Part shown: piece by piece, positions 9,180 through 20,619 of the stretch
How the letters are laid out: each line of letters opens with the position of its first letter
Numbering within the stretch: the stretch's first letter is position 1
NCBI RefSeq assembly: GCF_001194135.2
Contig: NC_068994.1
Location: 3,786,665-3,819,680, forward strand
DNA length: 33,016 bases
Origin: Octopus bimaculoides
Taxonomy: Eukaryota
Reading direction: 5' to 3'
Translations under genes and position numbers: made by a program
Notes under the pieces: model-generated
The model's input: only the letters and a program-made list of their open reading frames with translations
The model's database searches: none
What the model was told of the DNA's origin: nothing

Positions 9180-9400
9180 AGAGATGTGACAGTGTAGGTG
9201 TTAGATAGGTCAGCAAGTACGTGACACAAGGGATGTAACACACAGATGTTACATAGATTAATAACAACATAATACAAAAGACGTGATACAGCAATGTTAC
9301 ATAGGTAAGCAACTACATCATACAAGAGATGTAACAAAGATTTTACATAGGTTAATAACTACAAAATACAGATGTGACACAATGATGTTACATAGGGGAC
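9180..9400. repeat. Degenerate 45-48 bp minisatellite, about 4-5 units
   Basis: TTACATAG at 9249, 9297, 9343, 9388, with GATGTGACA/GATGTAACA-like words between. Confidence 0.75.
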
Positions 9401-9409
9401 AGTGATGGT

Positions 9410-9475
9410 GTCGACTGGATGCTTTTTAAGTGGCATCAGCACTGGTAGGGTCACCAAGTAACTTACAAGACAAGG
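9410..9475 (-). mobile_element. RTE-type 3' region fragment
   Basis: ctggatgctttttaagtggcatcagcactgg parallels ctgggtgctttttaacacagcaccattaccagtg at 11558-11591. Confidence 0.4.
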
Positions 9476-9819
9476 AATTTTGAGAAAGGAGGGGGGTATC
9501 TTGTGTCAGATGATGAAAGGTTAGGATGTGACAGAGAGGCAGAAACAGGTGTCTTGCTGCAGAAGAGGTAAATGGTTACCCAGGCTGAAAGAGAAGGAGA
9601 GAGAGAGAGAGAGAGGAAGTGAGAGAAAAAGAGAGAGGGAGAGGAATAGAGTGTGGTTATCACAGAAAGCTCCTCTAACAGACATGACTATCAGACTACA
9701 TAGCAATACAATACAGAGAAGTGTAATGTAGGGTATCGATGCAACTGAAATCGACAAGATTCAGTCAAATGAAGTTACTCCATGAGGAATATATAAACCA
9801 TAAAATGTCAGCAGGTCTA

Positions 9820-9937
9820 TAATATATATACATATACACACACACACACACACAAACATATATATATACATATATAGATATAGATATATATGTATACATA
9901 TATATATGTATATATTTATATATACATATATATTTAT

Positions 9938-9986
<49 letters not shown>

Positions 9987-9996
9987 NNNNNNNNNN

Positions 9997-10039
<43 letters not shown>

Positions 10040-10110
10040 CACACATACATATATATACATATATATATGTGTATATATATATATATATATACACACACAT
10101 ATATATAATG
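9820..10110. repeat. (TA)n/(CA)n microsatellite containing a 10-N gap (9987-9996)
   Basis: Direct reading. Confidence 0.95.
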
Positions 10111-10444
10111 TATAAAGTATTGTCTTTTGCAGAGTTCCTGTTTCGCCAGAGTGTATAATATAGCCATGTTAACAAATATTACCAGCAAGTGGAATGACCA
10201 TAGAGACAGTCCCCTTGTTGTTGTTATTTTGGTTGGGTCTGGGGAAAGAAGGGACAGCGCCCATGGCCTTTTGCATCCCGTCCAAAACCACTGGTCACAA
10301 CAGACAAACATTGCTGGCTGCTTCGATGGAAGAACTACAAGCTGACAGTTGCAGCAAAAATACGGTCAACAAAACCGGACATATTGCTGTTGGTGCTGGT
10401 GTTGGTGGGTGTTCTTGTTGCAGTTAATTCCTTGTATATTTGTG

Positions 10445-10715
10445 AAATGAACAAAATGCAAGTTGCTGTTGTTGTTATTTCATAACTGCACCTGACAATG
10501 CAATGTTGTTATTGCTGTGGCTGCAGCTAATGAAATCCATGTTGTTGTTGTTGTTTTTATTATTGCAGAAGATAAAGTGCATAGTTTTGTTGTTGTTGTC
10601 ATTGTTGCAAAAGGAGAAGATCATGCAACATGGCTGTTGCTGTTGTTGTTGTTGCAACGGCTAAAATGCATAGTCTTGTTGTTGTTGTTGTTATTACTGT
10701 TGCAGCTGAAGAAGT
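10445..10715. repeat. Degenerate tandem repeat of (TTG)n cores with AAAATGCATAG-like spacers, about 5 units
   Basis: aaaatgcaag, acaatgcaat, aaatccatg, aaagtgcatag, aaaatgcatag each followed by (TTG)n..TGCA. Confidence 0.7.
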
Positions 10716-11024
10716 AAAAAGAAAAAACGTTTTCTACCACAGAGACATCAGTGCTACCTCCTACCGGAAGTAGTGAGAGGGACAGTGTTGTTTTCAAGGT
10801 GGTGGTCACGATCAGAGTGGTGCAAGGACAGAAATAGAGAGAAGAGATAAAAATGGAGGAAGAAGGAAAAGAGAGAGGGGGAGGGAGGGAGGGGAGAGAG
10901 AGGGACAGAGAGGGAGAGGGAGAGAGAGGGAGACAAAGAGGGAGAGTTAGACACTGAAAACAGACTCATTGTTTCTTTACACCTTTGTTGATATTGTGTA
11001 CATCAACATTCTCATAGCTATCTG

Positions 11025-11195
11025 TGTGTCTGTCTGTCTGTCTGTCTATCAATCTGCCTATCCATCCATCCATCCGTCCATCCGTCCATCCATCCATCCG
11101 TCCGTCCGTCCATCCATCCATCCATCTATCTTTCTATCTATCTATCTACCTGTCTATCTACCTATCTATCTATTTATCCATCTCTCTATCTATCT
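11025..11195. repeat. (TCTG)/(TCCA)/(TCCG)/(TCTA) tetranucleotide block
   Basis: Direct reading. Confidence 0.92.
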
Positions 11196-11221
11196 TCCTA
11201 TGTATGTCTGCATTTGTATGA

Positions 11222-11378
11222 TTGTGTGTGTGGTTAAGAAGTTTGCTGCCCAGCTGCCTTCTTCTGGGTTCCATGGTTGTGGCATCCCAAATAATTGACT
11301 TCTGCTTTAGTCTGTGGCAGATCAAAGCCTTGAGAGTGGATGTGGTGGGATGAATATGAAAGAAATTCATTGTGTATA
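11222..11378 (+). mobile_element. Diverged SINE family A 5' module
   Basis: gtgtggttaagaagtttgct...ctgggttcca...cagatcaaagccttgagagtggatgtggt...tgaaagaaatt. Confidence 0.65.
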
Positions 11379-11595
11379 CATCATCATCATCATCATCATC
11401 ATCATTTAACATCCGCTGTCCATGCTGACATAGGTTGGATAGTTTGACAGGAGGAGGCTGGTAAGGTAAGGGGCTGCTTCAGGCTCCATTGTCGGGTTGT
11501 CCGCATGCTTTCTATGGATGGATGCCCTTCCTAACAGTAATCCCTTCACAGAGTGCACTGGGTGCTTTTTAACACAGCACCATTACCAGTGCATG
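11379..11595 (-). mobile_element. RTE-type LINE (or RTE-dependent SINE) 3' end with (GAT)n tail
   Basis: Minus strand ends GCATGGACAGCGGATGTTAAA(TGA)n and contains GGAAGGGCATCC, features I recall as typical of RTE 3' UTRs. Confidence 0.7.
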
Positions 11596-11805
11596 TGTTT
11601 GTCGAATTAGGGGTCATTTTCTGCAAGCAATTTAGCAGTCACTTCTGTCAGTAAACTGTCCCCTCACTTGATGCTTTGCAGCTGAGTGAAATAACAAGTA
11701 AGGGTTAGTGACAGGTGGGCAACTGGTTGTGAAAAAAAAACACTTCAGTAATGTGTGTACGTGTGTGTGTGTGTATGTGTGTGTGTAGTATATCTATATA
11801 TCGTG

Positions 11806-11842
<37 letters not shown>

Positions 11843-11892
11843 AATATAGGTATAGATATAAGAGACCCAAAGTGTATGTACACCACTATATG

Positions 11893-12296
11893 TATATAAA
11901 AAACAATACAAAAAAATGGGACAACAACGCGAAACATTCAGACAGTTAGATGATACAAGAAAAGGGGCAACAAAACATCCAGTTAGATGACACAAAAAGG
12001 GACAAGAAAAAATAAGGACGGGTCATTCAGAGTTTTCTTGTCCCTTTTTTGTATCATCTAACTGTCTGAATGTTTTGCGTTCTTGTCCCATTTTTTGTAT
12101 TCTTTTTATATAGATCGCTGACCACTACCCACATTTTTTTCTCTCCTTGTTTCTTTCTGTGTTCCTTTTTGTTGAAGAGCGTAGGCTCGAAACGTTAAAG
12201 ACTTTCTCTATTCCCGAGCGTTATACTAATACATCCTTTTGTTTTATACACCACCTGTCTTCATCTGTTGTTTTTTTGTGAATTCTCCTTTATATA
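11893..12296 (+). mobile_element. Penelope-like element terminus: inverted repeat plus pseudo-LTR fragment
   Basis: About 72-75 bp inverted repeat (11893-11967 vs 12042-12112) followed by TGAAGAGCGTAGGCTCGAAACGTT, the TGAnGA...GAAACG signature of PLE ends. No RT or GIY-YIG coding sequence seen. Confidence 0.6.
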
Positions 12297-12589
12297 CATG
12301 TATGTATGTATCATGCAGTATATCCATGGTTTTAGAATAGGTATACAATGTCTGCATGTCATTCTTCATGAGAGGTGATGGCAAAAGGTTTGATGACGGA
12401 CAGGGCATCTGGTCCAAAACTTGCTGCCTTGGAAAATTCTCCAAAACATGACAGTATGGAGGAAACTGGATATAAATATCTGATGATGATAATGACAATG
12501 ATGATGATGATGGATGGTGATTATGATGATGACGACGACGACAACTATGATAATGATGATGATGATGATGTATATACATATTATTACAG

Positions 12590-12810
12590 CTAAATGTTTA
12601 GTCTGTTACTCCGGAAGTTTCCTCAATGTGCAGACAAGAGGAAAACTAGTATTTCCCTGCAAATAGAACTGGTTGTGGATCAAAGGGAAACTCCGTGGGT
12701 CACAGGACCCATCTCATCCGACTTAGGCCAAATGAGGCTGGTTCGTTTGATGAGTCTACTACGAAACTTGAAGTTGCATGGAGTCAAATGAAATAAAACA
12801 ATAAAAGAAT
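12590..12810 (+). mobile_element. Possible second Penelope-like pseudo-LTR remnant
   Basis: TTGATGAGTCTACTACGAAACTTGAAGTT followed by AATAAA-rich sequence and a microsatellite. Confidence 0.35.
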
Positions 12811-12944
12811 GCATGTTTGTGTGTGTGTGTGTGTATGAACATATATATATGTATATATCTATATATATAGATATACATACATATACACACATATATATAC
12901 ATACACACACACACATACAAATAAAATACGAACACATGCAAACA

Positions 12945-12982
<38 letters not shown>

Positions 12983-13855
12983 NNNNNNNNNNNNNNNNNN
13001 NNNNNNNNNNNNNNNNNNNNNNNNNNNNNNNNNNNNNNNNNNNNNNNNNNNNNNNNNNNNNNNNNNNNNNNNNNNNNNNNNNNNNNNNNNNNNNNNNNNN
13101 NNNNNNNNNNNNNNNNNNNNNNNNNNNNNNNNNNNNNNNNNNNNNNNNNNNNNNNNNNNNNNNNNNNNNNNNNNNNNNNNNNNNNNNNNNNNNNNNNNNN
13201 NNNNNNNNNNNNNNNNNNNNNNNNNNNNNNNNNNNNNNNNNNNNNNNNNNNNNNNNNNNNNNNNNNNNNNNNNNNNNNNNNNNNNNNNNNNNNNNNNNNN
13301 NNNNNNNNNNNNNNNNNNNNNNNNNNNNNNNNNNNNNNNNNNNNNNNNNNNNNNNNNNNNNNNNNNNNNNNNNNNNNNNNNNNNNNNNNNNNNNNNNNNN
13401 NNNNNNNNNNNNNNNNNNNNNNNNNNNNNNNNNNNNNNNNNNNNNNNNNNNNNNNNNNNNNNNNNNNNNNNNNNNNNNNNNNNNNNNNNNNNNNNNNNNN
13501 NNNNNNNNNNNNNNNNNNNNNNNNNNNNNNNNNNNNNNNNNNNNNNNNNNNNNNNNNNNNNNNNNNNNNNNNNNNNNNNNNNNNNNNNNNNNNNNNNNNN
13601 NNNNNNNNNNNNNNNNNNNNNNNNNNNNNNNNNNNNNNNNNNNNNNNNNNNNNNNNNNNNNNNNNNNNNNNNNNNNNNNNNNNNNNNNNNNNNNNNNNNN
13701 NNNNNNNNNNNNNNNNNNNNNNNNNNNNNNNNNNNNNNNNNNNNNNNNNNNNNNNNNNNNNNNNNNNNNNNNNNNNNNNNNNNNNNNNNNNNNNNNNNNN
13801 NNNNNNNNNNNNNNNNNNNNNNNNNNNNNNNNNNNNNNNNNNNNNNNNNNNNNNN
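12983..13855. other. Assembly gap, 873 N
   Basis: N run flanked by (TA)n. Confidence 1.
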
Positions 13856-13913
<58 letters not shown>

Positions 13914-14435
13914 GTCAGTAAAATATGCCGTGTGTGTGTGTGTGTGTCTAAGGCAACATATCGATATGCCACTGAATGTGTATATAACAAACTTCATGTA
14001 TGTCTGTCTGTATGGACTACATGCCAATGTATGCCAGTTTGTATCTGTATAGGGATATGCATGTATGTATTTTTAATGGTATGTGTATCCGTGAACATTT
14101 GCAATGCATCCATTTCCTGTAGGCACCTGCACCTACCAATATACATAATACATACATACACAGATAAATATATACACCTGCATGTACATACACACATATA
14201 GATACATACATACGCATAGGTATTACACAGATATAGCCATAGGTATCCATGTATATACGCATATATTTATCGAACTGTATATCTATTTGTATACTTATAT
14301 ATGACTGCGAGTGTATTACAGCGCGCGCGTACACACACATACATACATACACACACACACACATATATATAAACACACACACACACACATACACACACAC
14401 ATATATATATATATAAACACACACACACACACACA

Positions 14436-14790
14436 NNNNNNNNNNNNNNNNNNNNNNNNNNNNNNNNNNNNNNNNNNNNNNNNNNNNNNNNNNNNNNNNN
14501 NNNNNNNNNNNNNNNNNNNNNNNNNNNNNNNNNNNNNNNNNNNNNNNNNNNNNNNNNNNNNNNNNNNNNNNNNNNNNNNNNNNNNNNNNNNNNNNNNNNN
14601 NNNNNNNNNNNNNNNNNNNNNNNNNNNNNNNNNNNNNNNNNNNNNNNNNNNNNNNNNNNNNNNNNNNNNNNNNNNNNNNNNNNNNNNNNNNNNNNNNNNN
14701 NNNNNNNNNNNNNNNNNNNNNNNNNNNNNNNNNNNNNNNNNNNNNNNNNNNNNNNNNNNNNNNNNNNNNNNNNNNNNNNNNNNNNNNNNN
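14436..14790. other. Assembly gap, 355 N
   Basis: N run flanked by (CA)n/(TA)n. Confidence 1.
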
Positions 14791-15519
14791 ATATATATAC
14801 ACACACACACATGGAGAGGTGAGCATAAATGCACTGAAATGCTGTTGGGCCGTTGATTATTGTGGAGGTATGTATGTGTGTGTGTATATATATATATATA
14901 AACACTCATGCATGGATGTGTGTCCGTATATACATACATATTCTACAGAAAGTAGTTACAGTAAAAGTACATCACTTGACGGGCCGTTGAGGTTGCTGAG
15001 AGACATATACACACATAGATATATATACATACATACATACACATATATATACACGCACAGATAAACAAGTACGTATATACACATACATCATGAGACATGT
15101 ATACATACCTATATAAATACATGCATACATAAACAGATACATATATACATATGTATATGTGTGTGTGTATACATTCATACTTTAGCAAGTGTCCTCTAGA
15201 GATACTTGTCTGAATCATACATACAGGGGTATACATGCGCGCACGATTAGGTGCGTGTGTGTGAGATACAATTATATGTATGTATACGTGTCTATGGAGG
15301 TGTGTATTTTGTGAAGACATAAACACGCACGTATGCATGTCTGTGCACACACACACACACGTGTGTGTGTGTGTGTGTGTGGCCTATCGCATCCGCACGT
15401 TTTTTTTTCCAAAGATAATTTGCAGATACACACATATGTCCAAAAGATAAATGTCTACATAGCTCTTATAGGTCTCTCTCTCTCTACCTGTCTGTCTGCC
15501 TGTCTATCTGTCAATCTAT

Positions 15520-15555
<36 letters not shown>

Positions 15556-15602
15556 AGATATAAAAACAGACGTGTACGTATATATATATATATATATATA
15601 TA

Positions 15603-16211
15603 NNNNNNNNNNNNNNNNNNNNNNNNNNNNNNNNNNNNNNNNNNNNNNNNNNNNNNNNNNNNNNNNNNNNNNNNNNNNNNNNNNNNNNNNNNNNNNNNNN
15701 NNNNNNNNNNNNNNNNNNNNNNNNNNNNNNNNNNNNNNNNNNNNNNNNNNNNNNNNNNNNNNNNNNNNNNNNNNNNNNNNNNNNNNNNNNNNNNNNNNNN
15801 NNNNNNNNNNNNNNNNNNNNNNNNNNNNNNNNNNNNNNNNNNNNNNNNNNNNNNNNNNNNNNNNNNNNNNNNNNNNNNNNNNNNNNNNNNNNNNNNNNNN
15901 NNNNNNNNNNNNNNNNNNNNNNNNNNNNNNNNNNNNNNNNNNNNNNNNNNNNNNNNNNNNNNNNNNNNNNNNNNNNNNNNNNNNNNNNNNNNNNNNNNNN
16001 NNNNNNNNNNNNNNNNNNNNNNNNNNNNNNNNNNNNNNNNNNNNNNNNNNNNNNNNNNNNNNNNNNNNNNNNNNNNNNNNNNNNNNNNNNNNNNNNNNNN
16101 NNNNNNNNNNNNNNNNNNNNNNNNNNNNNNNNNNNNNNNNNNNNNNNNNNNNNNNNNNNNNNNNNNNNNNNNNNNNNNNNNNNNNNNNNNNNNNNNNNNN
16201 NNNNNNNNNNN
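15603..16211. other. Assembly gap, 609 N
   Basis: N run flanked by (TA)n/(TG)n. Confidence 1.
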
Positions 16212-18057
16212 NGTGTGTACATGTATATATATTCATATATATATGCATGTATTTTCTATACATATATACATGTGTGTGTTTGTATATCTCTCTCTATATA
16301 TAATACACATATATACACGTACACATAATTCTGTATAAATATATATATATACACATACGTAAAAAATTTAAACACACACACACATACAATATATGTGTGT
16401 GTGCGTGTGTGTGTATGTGTGTGTGAATATACGGGTGTATACTCATGCAAAAAGCGATATAACTACTAGTGCCAAGAACTATTCAGCTATATATAGAAGG
16501 AGATTGACTATATCGTCCGAATGTATATAAATATTAAATGTATATATACAAATATATATATATATATATATACATCGTACGAATTTATACAATTTTATGA
16601 GTAGACGAGTAAATTTACGGTCACAACATGCACATATCGATGCATATATACAAATATCAATGTATGTATATAGATATATTAATGTACATGAAGTGGACAC
16701 AACTATATATATATATATATATATATACATATATGTGTGTGTGTGCGTGTATTATACATACATATAATTGTATACACACACATATAATATAGTGATACGT
16801 ATATATGTATAGTTTTGTGTGTATATATATATTGATATTTTTCTCTTTCCCTCTCCCGCCCTTTCCCTTTTTCCTTCCTTTTTCTTTCTTTCTATTTCCC
16901 CTCTCTCTCTCTCTCACCCATTATATATATATAATATATATGTATAAATATATCTATATATCTTTCTCTCTCACCCTGTATCGCTGTCCCACACACAAAC
17001 AAACGCATTCACACATACGTACAAACACACACACACACACACACAGTCCTCTCTATAGCTCCCATCCCCACCGACACTCTCATTCTCTATCCCTCTCTAC
17101 CTCACAATCTCTATCTTTTTCTCCCTCCCTCTCTCTCTCTCTTTCCCTTTGCTCTGTGTGAGAAAGTGATTACATACAAACATATACATACCTTTAAGAA
17201 GAAGAAAAGAAGAAGGAGAGTAACAACAGTTTCACCATTCTGACGATGATGACGACGACGACGATAATGATGATGATGATAGTAACAGGAGCAATAACAA
17301 CCAAAAAACCACCCAGGTATACGTGGTGCCAGTGAGTAAAAGAGCCTGCACGGAGGAGGCGAGGTAATAGGACATTTTTTTGGTCGTCACCAAGTGTCTA
17401 GCACCGTTTCTCCATGTCGCCAACATATTCAGCAGAGGGAGGCAGCTAACTGACATAGAGCCAACCTACACTCACACCAGCAGCTCTACACGTCCGGATA
17501 CTCCTGCTCGCACCACATTCGGGCTTCAAAGGCAGAGAGAACATGAGCAGAAAAATAAATAAATACATGCATGCATAAACACACACACATATATATGTAT
17601 ATATATATATATAACCGAGCTCTCTCAATACATATGTAGTTGAGGGTGTGTGTACGTACATACATATATATATATATGTATATGTGTGTTTGTATTTGCT
17701 TTACATATAACCTATATGATATATAACCTATATGTATATACGTATGTATGTCTAGGTATTAAAAGCAATAATTCAATGCCAATTTGCAGGCAGTCCTGTA
17801 GGTATATATATATATATATATATTTTATTAAAACACGGAAGCTGTCGATATATGGATACATGTGTATATACATACATACATACATATATATATATACATA
17901 TATACACGTGTGTGTATATGTATGTGTGCACATACATATATATGTGTGTATTCTAGTTTTTACTGGCTTCAGTCAATTTAGACTGGTCATACTGGAGCAT
18001 AAATATATATGTATAGATTATTCTGATATATGTATATACGTATATATATATATATAT

Positions 18058-18423
18058 NNNNNNNNNNNNNNNNNNNNNNNNNNNNNNNNNNNNNNNNNNN
18101 NNNNNNNNNNNNNNNNNNNNNNNNNNNNNNNNNNNNNNNNNNNNNNNNNNNNNNNNNNNNNNNNNNNNNNNNNNNNNNNNNNNNNNNNNNNNNNNNNNNN
18201 NNNNNNNNNNNNNNNNNNNNNNNNNNNNNNNNNNNNNNNNNNNNNNNNNNNNNNNNNNNNNNNNNNNNNNNNNNNNNNNNNNNNNNNNNNNNNNNNNNNN
18301 NNNNNNNNNNNNNNNNNNNNNNNNNNNNNNNNNNNNNNNNNNNNNNNNNNNNNNNNNNNNNNNNNNNNNNNNNNNNNNNNNNNNNNNNNNNNNNNNNNNN
18401 NNNNNNNNNNNNNNNNNNNNNNN
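18058..18423. other. Assembly gap, 366 N
   Basis: N run flanked by (TA)n. Confidence 1.
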
Positions 18424-18962
18424 ATATATATATATATATGTGTGTGTGTGTATGTATATGCATTATACACACACACACACATATATATACATATACACAC
18501 ATATATTCACATATGTTTTTTGTGAAATCTATCGGAAATCCAATCTTGATTGCAATATTCCAATAAAAAAGATAAGTAGAAAAACAATCTGCAAACACAC
18601 ACAGCCACAAGCAGACGCACACTTACACACCATATCATGCTATCTGGGGCATCTAATGTTGAAAATAAGCGTAAAACATTAGATTTCTATAAAAACGATA
18701 TTATATGTATATATTTGATAGAAATCTGTATAAAAAATAAATGAATATATACATATATCTATATAGACACACACTAAGGGTTATTAATATATAAAAAAAA
18801 AATGAGTTATAAATATTTTTTGTGTAAAAATATATGTATGTATGTATATATATACACACATACACATACATATATATATGTATATGTATATATATACACA
18901 CATACACATACATATTCTGATATATGCATAGATATTTAAGGGTACACGAGTACGCACGCGTT

Positions 18963-19024
<62 letters not shown>

Positions 19025-19169
19025 TATATATATATATGTATCGTAATCTAGACATGTAATATGAAAATAGATAAAATAATTAGGGGGTGAAAAAAAAAGT
19101 GGTTTTGGATCGGCGTCGCAAGTGGTCGGTTAACCAAACCCTCACCGCCAGCCCCACTTCCACCTCCAT

Positions 19170-20057
19170 NNNNNNNNNNNNNNNNNNNNNNNNNNNNNNN
19201 NNNNNNNNNNNNNNNNNNNNNNNNNNNNNNNNNNNNNNNNNNNNNNNNNNNNNNNNNNNNNNNNNNNNNNNNNNNNNNNNNNNNNNNNNNNNNNNNNNNN
19301 NNNNNNNNNNNNNNNNNNNNNNNNNNNNNNNNNNNNNNNNNNNNNNNNNNNNNNNNNNNNNNNNNNNNNNNNNNNNNNNNNNNNNNNNNNNNNNNNNNNN
19401 NNNNNNNNNNNNNNNNNNNNNNNNNNNNNNNNNNNNNNNNNNNNNNNNNNNNNNNNNNNNNNNNNNNNNNNNNNNNNNNNNNNNNNNNNNNNNNNNNNNN
19501 NNNNNNNNNNNNNNNNNNNNNNNNNNNNNNNNNNNNNNNNNNNNNNNNNNNNNNNNNNNNNNNNNNNNNNNNNNNNNNNNNNNNNNNNNNNNNNNNNNNN
19601 NNNNNNNNNNNNNNNNNNNNNNNNNNNNNNNNNNNNNNNNNNNNNNNNNNNNNNNNNNNNNNNNNNNNNNNNNNNNNNNNNNNNNNNNNNNNNNNNNNNN
19701 NNNNNNNNNNNNNNNNNNNNNNNNNNNNNNNNNNNNNNNNNNNNNNNNNNNNNNNNNNNNNNNNNNNNNNNNNNNNNNNNNNNNNNNNNNNNNNNNNNNN
19801 NNNNNNNNNNNNNNNNNNNNNNNNNNNNNNNNNNNNNNNNNNNNNNNNNNNNNNNNNNNNNNNNNNNNNNNNNNNNNNNNNNNNNNNNNNNNNNNNNNNN
19901 NNNNNNNNNNNNNNNNNNNNNNNNNNNNNNNNNNNNNNNNNNNNNNNNNNNNNNNNNNNNNNNNNNNNNNNNNNNNNNNNNNNNNNNNNNNNNNNNNNNN
20001 NNNNNNNNNNNNNNNNNNNNNNNNNNNNNNNNNNNNNNNNNNNNNNNNNNNNNNNNN
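19170..20057. other. Assembly gap, 888 N
   Basis: N run flanked by (CAC)-rich sequence. Confidence 1.
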
Positions 20058-20590
20058 TCCAGCCACCACTCTCACTAGCATCATCGCAATCTCCTTCACA
20101 ACCGCCAGCACCACCATCACTGCCACCGTCACCACCACCACCACCATCACCACCACCACCACCACCACCATCACCACTACAATCGCTATGACCTCCACTA
20201 CCACTACCCCGGCCACCACTACATCCTTATCACCGCCGCCACTGCCACCAACCATGACCCTGCCGCCCCAATATCGCCATCACCCTAATCCTGTAGTCCC
20301 ACCTCTTACCATCTCTCTTTCGCTACCACCTCAACAGCTATGTTATCCCAGCGCAAACATCACCATCGCCAAGTATTCTCATCACCATAGCTATGTTATC
20401 CCATGGCAACTACTTTCGCCATCGCCGCCACCGCAATGTTACCCCAGCATGAAATATCAGCAACGCCACCAGTTATCCCACTGCTACGACGACGACGACG
20501 ACCACCACCACCACTACCACCACAACCATCAACACCAACATGATCACCATTTCAATAGCCATGTTGACCCACCACCACCACCACCACCGG
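20058..20590. repeat. (CAC/ACC)n low-complexity tract with an internal about 55-bp degenerate repeat (GTTATCCC words, 20335-20480)
   Basis: agctatgttatccca twice, caatgttacccca, cagttatccca. Confidence 0.8.
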
Positions 20591-20619
20591 TAGCCTGAAC
20601 CAACTGACCAAGGCGTCTC

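Larger units (their letters stand above)
12810..19060. repeat. Large field of degenerate (TA)n/(CA)n/(TG)n/(TACA)n microsatellites with small complex islands
   Basis: Direct reading; generates the many YIYI/CVCV pseudo-ORFs. Confidence 0.9.

Noticed and set aside
9761-18622. Numerous long YIYI/CVCV ORFs of 100-460 aa
   Set aside because: Translations of dinucleotide repeats read through N runs.
19080-20598. 503-aa and 391-aa ORFs, superficially mucin- or extensin-like
   Set aside because: Mostly an 888-N gap plus a (CAC)n tract; open on both strands, as expected for stop-poor repeats.
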